A DNA stretch of 64,000 nucleotides, taken from the NCBI GenBank assembly GCA_965248515.1, contig CBDFJU010000003.1, positions 975,254-1,039,253 on the forward strand. The letters run 5' to 3'. A program made the position numbers and the translations under genes. This stretch comes from Dehalococcoidia bacterium (GTDB lineage: Bacteria > Chloroflexota > Dehalococcoidia > SHYB01). Below are positions 61,105 to 64,000 of this stretch, in pieces. The notes under the pieces are model-generated. The model ran no database searches. It was not told the origin of the DNA and was given only the letters and a program-made list of their open reading frames with translations. Position 1 is the first letter of the stretch; every line of letters begins with the position of its first letter.

Positions 61105-61617
61105 ATGGAAGCTAGACAAGTGTTGGGCCTATTCCGCACAGCGGACAACGCGGCCCTCGCGACAGATAGGCTCAAGGAGGCCGGATTCAAGGCGGAGGAC
61201 TATCAGGTGTTGACCGGAACACCCTACCCCGAAGGCGCGTTCGGTGAGGAAGTCCCCAAACATCGCCTCTTCGCCTTTCCCTTCTTTGGCGCGGCCGTGG
61301 GGCTCGCCGCCGCGATCCTGATTACCGCCGGGACCCAGATCTCCTACCCGCTGGTCACCGGTGGTAAGCCGATCCTCGCCGTGCCAGCCATGGCGATCAT
61401 CGCCTACGAAGGCACCATGCTGGGCGCAATCATCATGACGATCATCGGCATCATGTTCGAGTCCCGGCTCCCGAGGCCGGTTATGGGCCTCTACGACACG
61501 CGAATCACCGAGGGCTTTATTGGGATCGCCCTCACCTGCCCCGAAGACCGGCTCCAGGCGGCCGACCTGGTCATGCGACAGGCCGGCGCCGACGACGTGA
61601 AGAACGACGACAACTAG
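61105..61617 (+). CDS. ACIII small membrane subunit (ActD-like, DUF3341).
   Basis: Two TM helices. Operon position. Confidence 0.6.
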   Translation: MEARQVLGLFRTADNAALATDRLKEAGFKAEDYQVLTGTPYPEGAFGEEVPKHRLFAFPFFGAAVGLAAAILITAGTQISYPLVTGGKPILAVPAMAIIAYEGTMLGAIIMTIIGIMFESRLPRPVMGLYDTRITEGFIGIALTCPEDRLQAADLVMRQAGADDVKNDDN

Positions 61618-61628
61618 AGGACGCGCGA

Positions 61629-62174
61629 GTGATCTCTTTCGGCAAGAAAAGGACGATTCCCCGGCGGCTTGCGGCGATACTCCTCGCCGCCGCCGCGCTC
61701 TCGCTGCTGGTCTCGGCCTGCAGCAGGGGTACCTATGCCGTCGAAGTCTTTCCCGAGATGCACTACCACCAGTCGACCAGGATCCAGGAGCCACCGCGAC
61801 TATCGCCTCCCGATGGCGCCGTCCCCGTGACCGGCCGAGAGGTGAGCTACAGTAGTCAGGAAGCTTCGGGTCTGGTGAATCCGCTACTGCGGACCGACGA
61901 TGTCCTCGTCCAGGGCCGGGAAGCCTACCGCGTCAACTGCAGCATGTGTCACGGCCCAACCGCCCAGGGCGATGGCGCCGTTGGCCGCGCCCTGGTAGCC
62001 GACGGCTATGTGCGACCTCCCAACTTGACGGCCCAGACGACCCAAGGCCGCACCGATGGCGACATCTACTTCCTGATCACCAACGGCATCTTCGTCATGC
62101 CCCAGTTCGGGCTGATGCTGCCTCCCGACGACCGCTGGGCGTTGGTGCACTATCTTCGGGCCCTTGCGGAGTAA
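61629..62174 (+). CDS. ACIII monoheme cytochrome c subunit (ActE-like).
   Basis: Signal peptide plus lipobox-like LVSAC. Single CSMCH heme motif. Confidence 0.7.
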   Translation: MISFGKKRTIPRRLAAILLAAAALSLLVSACSRGTYAVEVFPEMHYHQSTRIQEPPRLSPPDGAVPVTGREVSYSSQEASGLVNPLLRTDDVLVQGREAYRVNCSMCHGPTAQGDGAVGRALVADGYVRPPNLTAQTTQGRTDGDIYFLITNGIFVMPQFGLMLPPDDRWALVHYLRALAE

Positions 62175-62207
62175 CAGGCAGGCGGATAGAAGGATCGAGG
62201 CAATCTG

Positions 62208-62423
62208 ATGCGAGACGAAGTGCTGGAACAGAGCAACGACCCTTCGCGTCGCGCCTTTCTCAAGAAGGCCGCTATCGGTCTGGCCGCCGCCCTGGGACTC
62301 GGCGAGGCTTTGAGGAGAGGACTTCTCCGCTCCAACGGGGCGGGCCCGGTCGCCAGCTTCGACGAAGACTCGATCTTCTGGCCCCGCGCCGACCAGATCG
62401 GCAAGGTACTCGGCGGCAAGTAG
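62208..62423 (+). CDS. Small ORF with a twin-arginine signal-like N-terminus.
   Basis: SRRAFLKKAAIGLAAAL. Only 71 aa, function unclear. Confidence 0.3.
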   Translation: MRDEVLEQSNDPSRRAFLKKAAIGLAAALGLGEALRRGLLRSNGAGPVASFDEDSIFWPRADQIGKVLGGK

Positions 62424-62655
62424 CTCGCCTGCGGCTGGCGGGCCCGAATCAGCATGGGTCCGTCGTCTCCCAGTAGCAGTCTTGTTGGCCTTGAAACGGC
62501 CATGCTAGAATAAATTCTGATTGGGGCCATTGGATTTTTCGATAGCGAGGCGCTCATCGGTCCCATGCTCGGTTGCAGGCGCGAGGACGGTCGGGTGGGG
62601 TGGGTACTCCATGACGGCTGCCCTCTTCCACCTCTCGGATGACAAAGGCTAGACG

Positions 62656-63366
62656 TTGACCCTGAAACAGTCGCAGCGATTCTCCGAAGACGAGCTCAAG
62701 GCCATCTCCGACGGGTTCGAGGATAAACACCCGCAGGAGATTATCGAGTGGGCATTCGATACCTTCGGAGTCAGTAACGTCGCGGTCGGCAGCAGCTTCG
62801 GCGGCGCGTCCGGCGCCGTGCTCGTCGACCTTGTTGCCAAGATCGCCCCCTACGCGAACGTCTTCTACCTCGACACCGACTTCCTGTTCCCCGAGACCTA
62901 CGCGCTGGTTGAAGAGACGAGACAGCGCTACGGGATCGAACCCATCGCCGTAAAGTCGATCCACACCCCGGAGCAGCAGGCCGAGCAGATCGGTCCGGAG
63001 CTCTGGGTCACCAACCCCGACGCATGCTGTAACCTCCGGAAAGTCGAGCCCAACGTCCGTATGCTTGCGGGAGCGGAGGCCTGGGTCACCGGAATTCGCC
63101 GCGACCAGTCGGGAAGACAAGACGTCCCCATCGTGGAGTGGAACTCCAAGTTCTGGCTGGTGAAGGTCAATGCGGTGGCCCACTGGACGAAGAAAGACAT
63201 CTGGGGCTACATACTGAAGAACGATGTCCCATACAACAAGCTGTTGGACCAGGGATACAAGAGCATTGGGTGCACTCACTGCACGCGTCCGGTGGCAACC
63301 GACGAAGACGAGCGGGCCGGCCGTTGGTCGGGCCAGGGCAAGACTGAATGCGGCCTCCACACCTAA
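62656..63366 (+). CDS. cysH: Phosphoadenosine phosphosulfate (PAPS/APS) reductase.
   Basis: PAPS-reductase fold, C-terminal ECGLH signature. Confidence 0.85.
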   Translation: MTLKQSQRFSEDELKAISDGFEDKHPQEIIEWAFDTFGVSNVAVGSSFGGASGAVLVDLVAKIAPYANVFYLDTDFLFPETYALVEETRQRYGIEPIAVKSIHTPEQQAEQIGPELWVTNPDACCNLRKVEPNVRMLAGAEAWVTGIRRDQSGRQDVPIVEWNSKFWLVKVNAVAHWTKKDIWGYILKNDVPYNKLLDQGYKSIGCTHCTRPVATDEDERAGRWSGQGKTECGLHT

Positions 63367-63389
63367 CGCGGGGCTAAGGAGCGGCGGAA

Positions 63390-63938
63390 TTGGAACGAGG
63401 ATTCACCGTTTGGTTCACCGGCCTTTCCGGCGCCGGCAAGACAACCCTCGCCGAGCGGCTCGCGCCGCGGCTTCAGGAGCTGGGCCTCAAGGTCGAGCTC
63501 CTCGACGGCGACGTGGTCCGCACCAACCTGAGTAAGGGCCTCGGGTTCAGCAAAGAGGACCGCGACACAAACATCCGTCGCATCGGGTTCGTCTGCGACC
63601 TGTTGACCCGCAACGGCGTCGTCGCTATCGCCTCGGCCATCTCCCCCTATCGCGAGATCAGGGACGAGGTGCGCGGAACCGTCGGCGATTTCGTCGAGGT
63701 CTTCGTGAAATGCCCCATCGACGTCCTCGCCGAGCGTGACGTCAAAGGGTTATACAAGAAGGCCATCGCCGGAGAGATCAAGAACTTCACCGGCGTTTCC
63801 GACCCCTACGAAGACCCCCTCACGCCGGAGGTCCTCGTGGAGTCCGACAAAGAGACCGTCGACGCCAGCCTCGAGAAGATCGTCGCTAGCCTCGAAACGC
63901 TCGGCTACCTGAGTGCGGCCTCCGGGACCCCCAGCTGA
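63390..63938 (+). CDS. cysC: Adenylyl-sulfate kinase.
   Basis: [12 protein letters not shown]-loop, APS-kinase length (182 aa). Confidence 0.9.
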   Translation: MERGFTVWFTGLSGAGKTTLAERLAPRLQELGLKVELLDGDVVRTNLSKGLGFSKEDRDTNIRRIGFVCDLLTRNGVVAIASAISPYREIRDEVRGTVGDFVEVFVKCPIDVLAERDVKGLYKKAIAGEIKNFTGVSDPYEDPLTPEVLVESDKETVDASLEKIVASLETLGYLSAASGTPS

Positions 63939-64000
63939 CCCTGGCGTTCCCTGTCGCTCTGGGGTCCCGCTCCCCCGCTCACGAAAACCCCAGTCTCCGG

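Overview
This is a GC-rich (~65-68%) bacterial window in two parts. Positions 1-22,150 are a mosaic accessory island. Positions 22,300-64,000 are conserved core metabolism. A lower-GC (~50%) sub-island at 3,700-7,500 suggests part of the island was acquired separately. The gene content (Alternative Complex III, a T-box leader, a luciferase-like flavin monooxygenase, selenoproteins) is compatible with a Chloroflexota-like lineage, but that is only an inference.

The island contains, in order:
- A prophage remnant that the ORF track missed: an HK97-type prohead protease and a frameshifted portal gene on the minus strand, next to a truncated serine recombinase and an excisionase-like HTH gene.
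- A C2H2-like zinc-finger gene and an SDR gene, with the SDR flanked by ~100 bp imperfect direct repeats.
- An IS3-family element with a 3 bp ATC target-site duplication.
- A cluster of uncharacterised secreted and hypothetical genes carrying three copies of a ~250 bp conserved non-coding element (R1-R3), plus a shared 3' module at the ends of two secreted-protein genes.
- A P4/VirE-like primase/NTPase next to an 18 bp perfect inverted repeat.
- The most interesting locus: a complete set of bacterial ubiquitin-like conjugation components in BilABCD order (Multiubiq Ubl, prokaryotic E2, JAB, ThiF-like E1), preceded by a GHKL ATPase and a STAS-like(DUF4325)-wHTH gene pair. This system is inactivated: an IS481/ISNCY-like element (whose transposase carries a nonsense codon) splits the JAB gene, and the E1 gene is frameshifted.

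The core region contains:
- A branched-chain amino-acid supercluster (ilvB-ilvN-ilvC-leuA-leuC-leuD-leuB-cimA) with a T-box leader and several inserted genes, including a methyltransferase pseudogene with tandem in-frame TGA TGA.
- Two predicted selenoproteins with in-frame UGA codons followed by hairpins: a UGSC-family protein and SelD. SelD sits beside a JAMM/Mov34 gene.
- An Alternative Complex III operon with a split ActB.
- cysH and cysC.

Several gene disruptions in the island occur at short G/C homopolymer runs. These may be real pseudogenes or assembly errors; I cannot tell which from the sequence alone.

No rRNA, tRNA or CRISPR array was seen.
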